NCBI GenBank assembly: GCA_026023565.1
Contig: JAPETS010000072.1
Coordinates: forward strand, 1 to 64,000
DNA from: Cirrosporium novae-zelandiae
Taxonomy: Eukaryota
Reading direction: 5' to 3'
Length of the DNA stretch: 64,000 bases
Shown: positions 11,607 to 25,312 of the stretch, one piece after another
Numbering within the stretch: the first letter of the stretch is position 1
Layout of the letters: the number at the start of each line of letters is the position of its first letter
Translations under genes and position numbers: made by a program
Notes under the pieces: generated by a model
Told to the model about the DNA's origin: nothing
Database searches by the model: none
The model's input: only the letters and a program-made list of their open reading frames with translations

Positions 11607-14600
11607 GACTTATACTCTCATTGCGAGTGTGGCAGAAGAAGAAGATTCAAGGTAAAAGGCACCATCGCAAGTTTTACTCATGAATTTTGCAGGCTTGCAG
11701 TACAGCAACCCATTGTTTTTACTTGCCTAAGCTTTCTAGAATGCTGGCTTTCCCTTGGACATGATGCTGCCAGGCTTTTCTCGACAGATCTGGCTACCTC
11801 ACTCAGCTCTTTGCTCATGGTGAACTATATTCAATTTGCTCTCGTGATCGGCCTCGCAATCATGGTTTTGGGCAGTGCCACAGTACTTTGTATGCCTCAT
11901 ACTCGTAACCCCATTTCCACAGCAACTATAGAAGCATGAATTGGCAACGTGAATGCGGCCACCGACTCAGACTCCAAAGACTCGACCCAAAATTCATCGG
12001 CAACCGAGCCAGGAAGAGGCTTTGAGGTGATGAATAGCAGTAAACCGGTCATCTTTCGAAACAGAAGTTGCAATAATTTTACTTAGTCCAAGTCTTGTCA
12101 ACACCCTCACTAGTGGAGGACAAGACCTACTCTTGGTATATATGTCAATAAGACTAGATCTAGAGTTTTCTCAGGTGAGATTTACTTTCCTTAGAAGAAG
12201 AAGGACCCGTCGATGTATTGAAAAGGCGGCATTCTTTCTTACACTCGACGCCATTACCAAACTCATCGTCCTCCTTATACCTCTCCGTTTAGCAAGTTTA
12301 TTTCATACAGAAACAAAACACCATCATGTCTCAGCATATATTGTACTCAGGACATTTACCTAGCCTCGGATCACCAACGTCGTATTAGCCTAGGCACACT
12401 TGGCCTTGGGCTTTGCACCCTAGTTTCTTTTACAAGCATAGGGTATGCAGATCATACAGTCCCAAGCCGTTTCCCTTTCGTCCCTAGCCACAAGATCCCC
12501 TCAGACTGCAAGTCATAACCACTCTTTTAAAACAATCATCCTCTCCACGCTTGGATAATAGCACCAACGGACCAACAAGATCACTCACCCCAAACGTCAT
12601 CCTCCCATTTCAGGAAGGTGATGACAGTCCACACCGCGGTCTCAGTAACACAAACCATATATATAGAGGCGATGCCATCTCCAGCCCCCTTATACTAAAT
12701 CATATTTCCCCTCAGGCTCAAGACATGCAGCATCAGCATTAGCATCAGCTTACTATTCCTTTTCCATATCCCCCACAGTCTTTTTTGCTTACCAGATCAG
12801 TTTTATGCATGATAATGGAAACAACCCCCCCGCCCCCGCTAGAAAGAAAGAAAACATGGGAAATAAAGAATTAGACTAGCGGTGGACGTTCATCTCAAGC
12901 AATCAGATTCCGTCTAGAGCCTATAGCCTATAACCCCTCTCTCTGCACGGAAACGAGCCCTGAGATATCCAATCATCCATCCCACACGATCATCATCGTC
13001 GTTGTTGTTGTTGTCGATCATGAACCAATTTACTTACTTACTATACTTTGTCACGGTTATAGTAAGGTTAAAGGGGGGGGGGGTGGGGGTGATATCTAAA
13101 ATAGAGTCCTAGAGAAGCCCCCGCCCGCCCACAAAAGAAAAACCTTAAACAAGGGCGGATGGGTGGGGGAGCGGGGAGGGGGAGCATGGGGACTCTTAAA
13201 TGAAAAAAACGTCGTCGTCATGGATAGATATTCGTTTCAAAAATCAATAAATAAATCATCTTATCTCTCCCTCCAATGTGTACTCTTAGGTGAAGTAAAA
13301 GTAAAGCACAGTATCCCCTTGAAAGCAATTAGTGATAGATATCTCGAAACCCAACTCTCGACTTAACCCAACCAAAACCTTCCCCGTTAACTTATTGTAT
13401 TTATAATTTATAGACGCATCCGATTTATATATATCTATCCATTATCCAATCAATATACTCACACTCACACTCACACCCACATTCATAATCACCCTTACTT
13501 AGTTAGGTATTTCATATATTATTCGTAATTCGAAGAAAATCTTTTTTTTTTTTTATCTGAGGGGTTGTCTTTTTGCTTTTTTTCTTTCTTTTTGTGTTTC
13601 TTGTTTGTGCGTGTCTCTTACTTAGATCATTTAGGCGAGAGGATATAGTCTATACATAATTATACTATACAACTGTACACACTATACAGGTACTTGTGCT
13701 GTACACCGTACACCTCGAAACCTATTCCTTATTATACCGTACCATTTCAACACCAACAAACTCTAAACAACAAAATAACAAATAAACAAATCATATAAAA
13801 GCAACCTACCGACCTATCTACCTACAAGTACAATGAATAAATTATTTTATATTTTTTTATGTTTAATGTTATTTTGTTTTTTTTTAAATAATGTAATTAA
13901 TCAATGTTATTTAATTGGATGGATGGATGGATGGATGGATAGACGTGTGGGTGGGTGGTATTATTAGCGTTGATGATTACTATTTGGTTGATTGTTGTGA
14001 GGTGTGGGGTGAGGATGAGAGTGAGGGTGAGTGTGTGAGCGAATTTGGATGGGTAGGTTGATGAGTAATTAGGTAGGGAGTGAGGAAATGAGTTTTAGGT
14101 GTGTGTGAGTTTTTTTACTTATTTTGGGACTTGTGTGATATGTGTAGCCGAGCGTAGTTCAAACTTTTAATAAATCAATTTACATCATCGCTATCATGCA
14201 TGTATTGATTTACTTTCATACTTTTTATCCTCATCTACTATCTTTGTCCATTACTTTGTTCTATACTTTATGTCAACAAACTTCACAAAAAAAAAACTTT
14301 TTTGGAAAAAAGAAAAAATTGCATTCTATCAAAGGAAGGAAAAGACACTACCATAACTTAAAGCTTCGTTTCAAAGCCCTCGGTACATCATCACAGGTGA
14401 AAAGGAGTCCATGTATCATTCCTCTTGTTTTGCTGTCGTCGGAATGCTCAAGTAACAGAAAAAGCCCCCCACTTGATCACCCATCGCCACTTTTACATCA
14501 AGGATTAAAGTAGAGAGAAGCTCTTTGCAAAAAAAATCAATGGCTCTAGAGCTCCATCTGCCAGAGGCACCGTTGTGTCCAAAAGAGCTGATGCGTTGCA

Positions 14601-14754
14601 AGTAGTATTGCGAGATCCCTACGCCCGCAACCCCCAAATGTACAATCACAGCTCACAGAATTGCCAGCAAACTGTTGCCCATGCGTTGCAATCACTTTTC
14701 TGAATGATAGATTCTTTAATCCTCCACGTCGTGTATATCATTAGAGGAAATTCA

Positions 14755-16719
14755 TTAAGAAGCAATGGCTCGTGATCCATGATTGCTGCGTCGTCCCTTT
14801 TGTGGTTTTGAAACTGTGCTCCACCCTTCCTCGTCAGGTGCTTTGGTCGTATTTTGAGTTGTAGCAGGATCTTTATTCTCCGGTCCCCGTCTCCAAGCCC
14901 CATTAACCCGGCTTGGTGGGGCATCGCGAACAATGTCTTTGGGTTTAACCACCTTATCTTCACTAATAACCTCTTCTTCATTCTCTTCCGCATCCCCCTC
15001 ACGCTGCAAAATCTCAAAATTCTTTCCTCCCTGGGGACTTTCAATATCCTCCTTGTTACCATTTGGAGGGCTTGCAACTGTCTCCTGGGCTGCATCTCCC
15101 TTTTCGGACTTGGAAGCTTCGTCGGTAGACTTTTTAGCGGCTTTGGCTTCTTCGCGAGCCTTGGTTTCAGCTTCCTTTTTCAGGCGTGCCTCCTTCTCCC
15201 GCCGCTCTTCAATCTGTCGTTCCCTTGCTGCAGTGTCGATAGGTCTGGCTGCTCCAAAGGGGCTTGATTTCACATCGGCAGAAGCCGAAGACGCTGGAGA
15301 GGGAGCATGATCATCAGAGACCGTTCGTTTCTGAAGGTTAAGTCTCGGGCGTTCAGAATGGGTTGAACGAGCTGCAGGAGATGAAGGATTTGAGGGTTCT
15401 GGGGTGGGAGATTTGGCTGGTGCATCTGGTCTCATCTTGGATCGCCATTGATTATCCATTTCGGCAGCAGATGGGGGAGCTCTCTCGGCGAGCGGTTTTT
15501 CGTATTCACGTTTAGGTGGTCGTGAACCATCTTGCGAACGCCCTTCACCCCAAGATGGCGAATTCTTGCGAAATTCTCCTGGGCCATTGCTCCTCTGACG
15601 ACCACCCTCTCTCAAGGATAAGGCTGGAGCAGTGGTGACGGGTGACAGAGGACCTTTACGTTCCCAGTTACCAAAGTCTCGAATTTTTCCATCACCCTGC
15701 TCAAAGGCTGGTCGTCTACGTTCGGCCCGTTCGCTACCAGCGTCAGACATATTGTCGAAATTTCTGCCAAAGCCACCTCGATCTGATACCCGACGTTGTG
15801 AAGGGAGGTCTGGAAGAGGTCCTTTGCGACTCCAATCGCTCAGGTCACGAGTATCCTGACGTTCTTTCGCTAGTGGGATCAGGCTCTGTTAGCTGCCAGT
15901 ATACAAATAAATAGCGGCGTAGCTTACGTGGTTCAGCGACGCTGACACGGACATTTCTTCCTTGAAGTTGTTGTCCAGAAAAGTCTAGCGCTTTTTTCAA
16001 ACCATCAAGGGATCCGAATTCCACATAACCGAATCCTTTTGGCTTGTGATCCAACTTGTCTTCCACAATACGAACACTTGTCACGGAACATCCATCAAAG
16101 AAGTTTTCGACATCGATTTGTGTGACATCAAAGGCCAAATTACCAAGATGAGCGGTATATGGAGGTTTCGTTGGCAATGGAAGTTCCTCGCGCACAGCAT
16201 ATCCACCACGTTCTAATTCAATTTTGTTAGCCGAGATCAGGCCAGGGATATCTTCAAGGACTAACCTCCAGCAGGAGCACCAAAACCTGCAGCAGAGCTA
16301 AAGGCTCGTCGTTCTCCATAACCGGTGCGAGATTCGGCACCTAGAATAGTCAGATAAAGTTGTTAAAATTCTAGTCGTCGGGCGGGGTATTAGAAGGAAT
16401 ATACCAGCTACATCACATGATAGTTAGTATCTGTAAGAATTGCATATAAGATGTATCTTACTTGGCAAGGGCATATCTTCCATCTCATCCGCCCAGGACC
16501 CAAGTGCTGGAAACATTAGTTAAACCCATTGTGGATGTGGACGAATAGCCATACACTCATCGGTCATGAAGGCCCCGAGGGACATCTTTTGGTTTTTCGC
16601 TTTTGGCGCTATACATGATTGTTAGCCATTCTGTATCAATTTCTGAAAGAAGCAGCGGCAGCTTGAAATTTCTCCAATAATGAAGCGCTTCCCCGCATAG
16701 GGTGGGTAGACATACCCAT
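14755..16719 (-). CDS. TIF3: Translation initiation factor eIF4B (Tif3/Sce3-like), 7 predicted exons
   Basis: Exons 16719-16716, 16608-16555, 16506-16462, 16407-16405, 16340-16266, 16212-15928, 15869-14755. Protein has SWADEMED, an RRM (PPYTAHLGNL, KGFGYVEF), DWxRKGPL repeats, RPRLNLQKRT and SPFGAARPIDT. Confidence 0.93.
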
Positions 16720-17049
16720 GATTGCGAATAATCAGCCAACGCGCGACTGAAGAATGCGCGCTGTCTGATGAAAGGCCGGGGTTTGAAATTCCTCAGCCAA
16801 GCAGATAAACCGTCTATTGTCGTAGACGGTGCTATTGAAATTTGGTTGTTGGGTTTCGGTGTCGTAAATCTGTGATCCTTTATTGATCGAGATGGTGGAG
16901 GTGATCGTTTGGAATTTTAGAGATGTGCGAGGTCATTGCTTCCGAAAAGGGTATAGTGGAAATTTGAGCGACCCAACCCCAAAAGGTCACTTTCCCAGTC
17001 CACCTTTTGCACTTTATTTAACTTCTTCTGCTTCAATTTACAGGTCAAG

Positions 17050-17938
17050 ATGAAGGTCTCATCCACTCCTCCACCTGATGGCTATTCTTTCCAGCCTGGT
17101 CAAATAATATGGCCTTCGCTTCAAGTTGGTGCTGCTGCCGGTATGCTTACTATTTACTATTTAGTTCCAACCACAATTCTAGCTTACTATGCTCGGTGTT
17201 TTGATTTGATTCTTTTGAGAATGATATTGCTTGTGTATATCTTGGAGATGTTGAAACTAATATTTAATTAGGTGCTGCTGGATTTTTTGTTGGTGGCTTC
17301 TTTGGTGTACTTCGATCCAAGGTCCCCGTTTTGTTTGCGTTCGGATCTAGCTTCCAATGGTTTGCCCTTGGTAGTACATTTTGGGGTGAGTTGTTCATTG
17401 TTGCGTTGGATCATGGTCTCACCCTTCCAAGCAACTAGAAGCGCAATCCTTCAATCCGATCCTAATCATGAAATTACTCCAAGTGACCGAGTTGCCGCGA
17501 GTACAATCGCAGGCGGGGTCTCAGGTGCCGGCATGGGAGCTCTTCTGAGTGAGTGATTGGGCCTAAAGATCCCGAATTGGAGACCCATTGACAACTTGTG
17601 TTACCATAGGAGGTCGACAAAATATAATTCCAGGTGCAATTATGTTTACATTATTTGGCTATTTAGGCCAGAAAGGATATAATCATCTTGATGTTCGGCA
17701 TACTATTGCAGTTCGCTCCAAGGCTGAGGATGAAGGCACCGCCAAATCTTTCCTCATGCGGTTGGGCGAATCTAAATGGGTACCTTTCAAGGTTTTGACT
17801 GATGAAGAGTACGAGGAGACATTACAGGAAAAGCTGCTACGTATTGACACGGAGATTGCTCTTATCGACAGTGAAATTTCCAACCTTCGAAATGAAACCA
17901 AAAACCAAGAATCGAAGCCTGAACAGGGTTCCTCATAG
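17050..17938 (+). CDS. Conserved fungal membrane protein, Tim17/Tim22/Tim23-like (3 introns)
   Basis: Spliced ORF with Gly-rich TM segments (GAAAGAAGFFVGG, IAGGVSGAGMGALL, NIIPGAIMFTLFG) and a C-terminal SKWVPFKVLTDEEYEETL coiled coil; divergent from eIF4B across ~330 bp. Confidence 0.75.
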
Positions 17939-19843
17939 TGGTTCAAGATATAATTTTCCATCTCAATTTCAAGCATAATCCTTGTCGACGGTAAGCAGTG
18001 TTTGCTGACAGCTGTGATGAGCCAGAATGACATCCGTTATGACTCGCTGTTGAATTCGCTATTGGGTTTTTGAGGAATCTTTCAACGTGAAATGATCTCA
18101 ATCTAGGCGACCGCCTTCAATCTTCAGCCACGTTTGGTACTTGGGTCGAACACATGTGGCTGTCCTTGGCAACTGCATGTAGTGATATTGTAACTATGAG
18201 CGTTTGACCTTCGATAAGAAGTATAGCCTTTCTGGACAAAGTCTACTTCCCTACTCAAGAGTTGGCGAACATTGCATAAAATTAATATGCTCATTAATCT
18301 TTCTAGTCTTAGTCACTCTTAGCCCCTCTACAATAGCCGAGGGGTTTTTTCAAACCTAATTGAAAGAATAAGATGGTACCGAAAATAATTAATGAGACAG
18401 GCAGAGGTGGTACATGGTCGCTCTCATGGTAATATTAGGTCTTTCGATTGCTGTGTGACGTATCTTAGCGCTCATTGTACGATCACGTTGTCCTAGAATT
18501 TCAAGGATGGATTTTATTGTACTGTACTTGTACTGTACGATAGAAAATCTAGATAAATAACGAGGCTACCCCCGATTCGCAATGGCGCATGTTTTAGAGT
18601 ACAGCCATGACCGAATCTTTTTCATGAACTCCAAAGTCCAAGAAATAATTATGACAACTCCTCTCAAACTTCCAAACAAAACATGACCTTATCTTCTGGT
18701 TTCGCTATCAGCTACCAAAACCATCAAAAGAAGGTATCATACCAAAACATATTGAACAAGGTATTAAAGCGCCCAAATGAACTTGACTTGTCTATTAGCC
18801 ATTCCGAAGACTGTGGTCTTTTAGGTTAAAATAGGTACCTTGTATGTATGCTACTCGCCGGCAGTTTGACGGGATATATCTTTTGCCAACAAAGTTGTCA
18901 TATTTTTCATACACATTTTGTTTCATTTTCGGACTTGATACTGATGATAATGGCGCAGCAGAGGCCGATATCAAGTCAGGCGCTTAGAGAAAAAAAACTG
19001 TGCCACAAGTGTGCAGCTTCTTCGCCTAATGATATCCAATGATGCCTCAAAATTTAGGGGCTCATTGTCCTTCAGCCTCCAATGAATCATTCGGCCCACT
19101 TTTTCACTTTGTTCACTGTGTCTTCTTCGCCCATCCTTTTCTCTTACCCTTACCAGCCTTGCAGGCAGCAAGTTGCAAACCTACCTGCCTGTTAATCCTT
19201 TGATCCTGCACTAGATACGGCGATGGAAAATCAGCCAAATTCGCATGGCATTCTAATCAGCACCTACGACAGATATAGCTATCCGTCGCTGGTCTATGAG
19301 AATTTTCCGGTCGCATTTCTCTTAAATGATAGGGATGATTAAATTGGGAAGGTCGTTTGTATAATTTTCCGGGAAGGATGCTGATTAGCTAAGGCTCGGC
19401 CCGTGTAGGCGCAGTGCAGAGCGTTCCTAGACTACTGAGAGAACAACCCGTACGAACAATGGGTCTCATGACAAACGATCTCAATATGATGGTCAATGCC
19501 CCAACCCCAGATACTCCCTTTCCCCTAGCTGCAGGTAGCGCAAGATATTAATGGATTAGGCCAACGAGATCTCTCCCTTCCCTGCTCTGTCCTTCTTTTC
19601 ACGGCAGCGCATGAACTTTGGAGGCGCAGCTCTTCGCACGAGGCAGACTTTCAAACCATGGCTACAGCCTTAGGGTGAAGTACCCCTCCCTACCCGTCAA
19701 GTATTGTGCCCATTCAATGGTATAAAATATATCATGTTATTGTGTCCGAGCTTCATTCTAGTAATTGCTCTTCGACGGCTCATATTTGCATATACTTATT
19801 TGCATGGTATATCTCTATCTAGCATTTCTATTGTCTATTCCTC

Positions 19844-21058
19844 ATGACTGCTCTTATTTGCTCTACGGAATGCCTTACGGGGTGGATCCTCGGAGGCCCT
19901 ATCATTGATGGCAATTTAACATGTGTCGGCCATAAAGCCGATAAGTCTCGCTGTAGATCAAAAACGGGAGAGAAGAGGCATTTGAAAATGTCGAGCTGTC
20001 TGGAGGTCTTGACATTAAAAGTTGCCCAAGGCTGTGGCCTTGAGTCTACCCTCTCTGAATTGGCTTCTTATGGTCTTTGTTTTCAGCACCAAAGCCAACA
20101 GGAAGACACCATAGACAGGTGGACGAGAAAATTAAAAGCACTGGACAAAGGAACAGGAGAAACACAACTCAAGAAAGATGACGAGGAGAGGAAGATGGTC
20201 ATCAAACTCGAGGAAGATAATGACCATGCAAACCTCATCGTGCTGTCTACTGTGCCCTCTATTGTGCCCTCTATTGTACCCACCACGAACCAAGAAATAA
20301 TCCCCCGCCGGGCCTTGCGGAATGATAGACTTTTAACCCTACGAGAGTCTCCTCAGTTCAATCTACCTATACAGCCACCTTTTACCGAATACCACACACA
20401 CGCCCTCCCGATCCAAACCATCCACTCAAAACTCAAGGGATTCCTCCTAAAACCCCTGTCCCTGAGAGACGAACACCCAGGCTATGTGTACGCATTTACT
20501 AGACGCACCACCCCATCCCACATCAAAATCGGCATCACAGAAAGATCCGTAGGCCAACGCCTAGCCCAATGGGAAGGCAAATGCAACTACTCCCCCTACG
20601 AGCTCTTCTCAAAGCCCACACCAAACGTTTACATCGCGGAACGGCTCGTGGCGACTTCTCTCTCCCTCTATCGCCGAAGGGAAACCGTGTGCAACGGCGG
20701 CCACGGATGCTTCCAGCACCACCGGGAATGGTACGAGGTCGAAGAATCGGTGGCTAGGAAGTGGGTTACGCTATGGACGACATTTTTGTCGCTAGCAGTC
20801 TACAACCACCACGGTCTCATGAATCAAGAATGGCGAGAGTGGGTGGAAACCTTTACGCTTGATGACAAATCTGTGGTAGATGAATCATCACTATGGCGGG
20901 CATGGCAGCAGCGGATGCATACCTTTTTGCTTGTCATCCTTCTTTGCACGGCCGTGCCAGACTTTATCAGTAGTTCCCCCTCTCCGTCCCCACAGGCTAG
21001 GAATAGGGAGGTGGAGGATCCAGCTACACTAGAGAGGGCAGTGCGAGTGGCTGCGTGA
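19844..21058 (+). CDS. MUG113/T5orf172 (GIY-YIG-like) domain protein
   Basis: Intronless 404-aa ORF with GYVYAF...IKIGIT..SV..RL.QW..KC, AERLV and C....C...HREWYEV motifs. Confidence 0.8.
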   Translation: MTALICSTECLTGWILGGPIIDGNLTCVGHKADKSRCRSKTGEKRHLKMSSCLEVLTLKVAQGCGLESTLSELASYGLCFQHQSQQEDTIDRWTRKLKALDKGTGETQLKKDDEERKMVIKLEEDNDHANLIVLSTVPSIVPSIVPTTNQEIIPRRALRNDRLLTLRESPQFNLPIQPPFTEYHTHALPIQTIHSKLKGFLLKPLSLRDEHPGYVYAFTRRTTPSHIKIGITERSVGQRLAQWEGKCNYSPYELFSKPTPNVYIAERLVATSLSLYRRRETVCNGGHGCFQHHREWYEVEESVARKWVTLWTTFLSLAVYNHHGLMNQEWREWVETFTLDDKSVVDESSLWRAWQQRMHTFLLVILLCTAVPDFISSSPSPSPQARNREVEDPATLERAVRVAA

Positions 21059-21202
21059 TCATCCGGACAAAGGTAAAAAAACATCTTTGGACACTTTTAA
21101 ACCAACCACACTTCAACGATGGAAAGAGAGGTATAAGTTAATGTTTCAGTCCAGTCGGTCTAGTCTACTCACAACGCTGTTGTCAAGAATCTTTCAAATA
21201 TT

Positions 21203-22160
21203 TTATAAAAGAGATTGCAAATACGGATGTTGTAATGCCTCCAAAGCTGTTGGTCTTTTTGTATGGTCCACCACCAGTAAATAGTCGATGAAATCCAAAA
21301 GTTCCGGCGATATTTTTGGACCCGGCAATTTCTCGAGTTCCTGATGCACGGTGCCCACTTGAATAAATGGTCTTTCCAGGTTAGTATCCGGATGTACAAA
21401 AGTCGTCGATTCTAGCTGTTCTCCAAGCCAAAATTCTTCTTCGTAGTCAGAGTTAACGGGCGGATCTAATGGTCCAACAAGACGCCGGATTTTGGCAATA
21501 CACCATGCCTTAGTAAATCCTTGAATGGTCTTGTCTTGGGCCCCAAAAATATTATATGGGGACAACCAATGTGCCAACTATCTAGTTAGCTGGGATTGCA
21601 ATAAAGGAGCTGGTACTAACCGTAACACCAACTGACCACGCATCGGAAGGATAGCAACAGCCTAAACCTCGCCATACGTCTGGGGCCCGACAAGGAAGAC
21701 ATTGGAGACGAATTGTCTTGTAGCCCTCCCGTAACACTATAGGAGTTAGTATTACCTAAAAATCGTGATGATACAAACACCTACTGTTCCCTAAATCCCC
21801 GACTTTGACAACTGGAGAAGGTTCGGTAAGATTAAGGAATACATTATTGGGATTGATATCTATAAGGCCATTTAGTTATGTATAGATTGAAGAGGAAGAA
21901 ACACACTTACCAGTATGTATTCCATTGAACTCCGGTTTAAGGAGGGCAAGGGCTGATAGGATGGATTTAGCTATGATCTTGGGAAGATCTGAATTCTCTC
22001 GAAACTGGTTCGAAGGTGTTCGTTCAATTAGACAATTCTGATTTAATGATAGAGTTAGGTAAGACTTGTTGCTTTGAAGACGGTAGAACCTTTCAACGCT
22101 TCTACTAGGCGATATGTTCCTTTTCGGCTGGTGAGAAGTTGTCCAATAATTCAGAGCCAT
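21203..22160 (-). pseudogene. Degenerate Ser/Thr protein kinase (CMGC/SRPK-like fungal family)
   Basis: HTDINPNN, VKVGDLG, RAPDVW, SDAWSVGV and RPTALEALQHPY across 3 introns. The N-lobe segment GQLL..RKGTYRLVEALKGSTVFKA is out of frame with the ATG, ends in a stop, and subdomains II-IV are not seen. Confidence 0.65.
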
Positions 22161-22424
22161 TTATTTTTAGTTGTAGCCTTTGTTGATATCCTTTTCTTTG
22201 CAACCAATTATGTGAGGATTAATGCTGAGCTGGAAGTCCACTACGCTGAGGATGGCAACTTTAATTTATGGGGCGATGGATGCCAAGCCACATGACCTAC
22301 TGTAACCCTACTCGAGTATGTCTACTGTAGTGTGAAGGGGTACTGAGGTAAGTTCCTTGTATTTTTAACTAGGTGCAGGTGCAGATTTGGGTGAAAAGGG
22401 GTGCTGGATAAGCCAGACTGGGTG

Positions 22425-23481
22425 TCACCCCAACCAAACCCGTCTAACCCACTCCAACTCCCGTCTCAGCCACTCCTCCCCCCCACCCAACCCAGTATCA
22501 AACCCATGATCCCCCTCCCTAACCACCAACCTCACCTCCACCCCCTCCATACACTCCCTCACGGTTTTCAAAAACCTCTCACTTCCTTTAACCGGCACCG
22601 CCGAATCCTCTTTCCCATGGAGAATCAACATCGGAGGCAACCTCTTCCCTTTTTTACTTTCTACTTGCACCCTGTCAATCGGATATAATTCCTCCCCCTC
22701 ACCAAAAATCTCACAAAACCATCCGTGCTGTAATAGAGCAATGAGGAAATCGGTACGTGCGGGGGGCGTCACGGATGTGATGATTTTACCCGCCGCGCGC
22801 GCCTCGCGTCCTTTGGCGAGATATCCATCTATGAGACCGGGATCGAGCGTTGGTGCGCCGAAGGGATGGCGTCCCACCTCTCCCTCTACTGGCTTGGCTA
22901 CGAACCACGCATCCCGTAGATCCAACATTGGATATGATAGGGCCATGGCCCCGATAGTCCCTTTGGGCAAACTCAACCCCGAATGCACGCCCAAAAACCC
23001 ACCGGCAGATTCGCCAACACACAGGATATTTTCCAGTGAGACCATGAGCGCGGGGTAGTAGGGGAGGGTAGAGAGGTATGTAGGCAGGGAATGCAGGACC
23101 CAAGTCCAGAAAGAAGAGAGGTCGGAGAGGATTTCTGCGGGGGTGGATTCGGGCAGGAGGCGGTGGTTTGGGGACAGGAGGATTGCGTTGGTGGTGCGGG
23201 CGACGGTGAGTTGCCAGGTTGGGAACCAGGGGGTGAAGAGGGATGTGCCTGTTACCTATGATGGCGCAGGTGAGTTTGTGTGGGGGCAAAGGGGGAAGAA
23301 AAAGAGGACATACAAGCCCACCACCATGAAACCTAACCACCACCGGGCACTTTTTCTTCTCCAACCCCAACGTCTTCAACCCCTTTGGAATCAAAACATC
23401 AACATCAATCGCTTGCGAATTCACTTCCGTGTAGACGGTGGTGTAGATATCAAAATCGGAGAATTTGGGGTCGGATGACAT
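22425..23481 (-). CDS. Alpha/beta hydrolase (HSL-like esterase), 1 intron
   Basis: HGGGL oxyanion motif, GESAGG nucleophile elbow, ILHGKEDSAV acid, GDHGFD histidine; intron ~23256-23313. Confidence 0.9.
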
Positions 23482-25312
23482 GGTAAGTATGCTGGGTATA
23501 TATTTCGATAGATGAGATGGGAAATGAAGAAGTCTGACTGATCATCTGAGGGTTCTGAGTGAGGATCTAAGTGAGTGAGGGAGGGGGTTTATATACCCAT
23601 CCCCGTCTAGCTATGCATCTAGTTATGCATCCAGCTATAAAACTCAGACCTTCCACACATACACATAGAGTGCACGCATAAGCTCCACAGAAAAGAAGGG
23701 GAAATCCACCACCGGCAAACCACCAAATCCTTCGTCTATTTATCTCCAATCCCTCAATTCCCGGTACTTAATGCTTAGAAATCACCAACCATCAATCCAA
23801 CAGAATCTAAAACAAAATCCAAAATCCTACGGCATTTGCCCCCCCCCTCACTGCTCCCGACATCTACGACCGAATGCGGGTAAGGCACCAGGCACAAAAG
23901 AAAGAAAAAGCCAAGTGTCCTTTTTTTTTTGTGTTTGCTTGACGGGGTTAAATCAGTCCTTATCTCCATAATTTCCGCCAAGAACTAGGGATATTTGCCG
24001 CTTTGGTGGTTTCTCGTGTTGGGTGGGGGCTAAATCCTACAGACGGACCGTCCGCCCTACGGGTGTGTTTGTGTGCGCCCTCAGTACAAACATGACTCAA
24101 AATCTTGGTACAAATCTTGGTACAAACCTCGAGCAAAACGTCACTCACAACCCTCCCCAAATACACAACTCCAACAAAAAGCTTACCCATCCACCATCTC
24201 GACCATCCATCTCAATTAATCACTCACTCACTCACTCAATCCGTACACATACTCTACATGCACGCTACTTCATCAATACACACCCTCTCCCCAAACACAC
24301 AACTTCCTTCCCTTCCCTTCCCTCCTTTCCTTCAAATCCTTCAAATTTATATATACCTCCATCCATCCGTCCTACTTGTCCAAAACCTAATACACATATA
24401 TCATCACAAAAAAATCAAAAACATTGAAACAAACAAATTTACTCCAAGTGTTAATAGGAAAGAAACGGGAAATAGCTAGCCTTGGTTGATTGCTTCTAGT
24501 TGGTGAGTACCTAACTAAGGAGTTGAATTTTTTTTTGGGGGGGGTAATTGACCCAACTAGATAATTAGATTAACTTCTTAGGTAAAATATCTAATCAATC
24601 GGTAACTTGTATTAGAAGTAAAAGTGGTAAATAAACTACTATACCCCATGCCTACCAATACCTACTATGTCTAGGTAAATTACTAGGTAAGCATAGTCAG
24701 GATAGATAGATAGATTATTTATATAAAAGCAGCTAAAGATTAAAAAAAAAAAATAAACAAAGAATAATTAAAGCATAAAAAAAAACCTTGGGTAGATACG
24801 AATTTACAGATTATAGTATTGAAGAAATACCAGCTCAATATGTTTTTTTGATAAGGTGGCCGCGAGTGTGTAGGGTAATGATACACCAAACTAGTTATTA
24901 CCACTACACTCACATCCTACCCGACAACTGATCCTAAATATATATATATATATATACATCACTATCACGACGCCTAGGATATAATGAATCCTCTAGATGT
25001 GACTGTGTGGATAATGTATTAGTTTCAGATACTGAGCTAGGGTGAAGGGGGGCTCACCTTATTAAAGTGAGCCTAGGGGGTGGGGTGGGGTGCCCGAAGG
25101 TCTAAGTCTATTGTAATAGGGAACCCGTAAGAATCATATTATAATATAATAGAAGGAAGGGTATCAATTTAAAAAAAAAAAAAGAATAAACGGATAGATA
25201 TATAAGAATAATAAAACAATAATAAAGTAACTTTAGAGGCTTTCTTTTGCGTGCTCAAGTTAGGTTAAGAGCAAATCGTTAAATATAGACTAATCCTTTA
25301 CCCCCCCCCCTC

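Noticed and set aside
14143..14165. tRNA A/B-box-like words (tagccgagcg, gttcaaac)
   Set aside because: Boxes are adjacent and no cloverleaf can be formed
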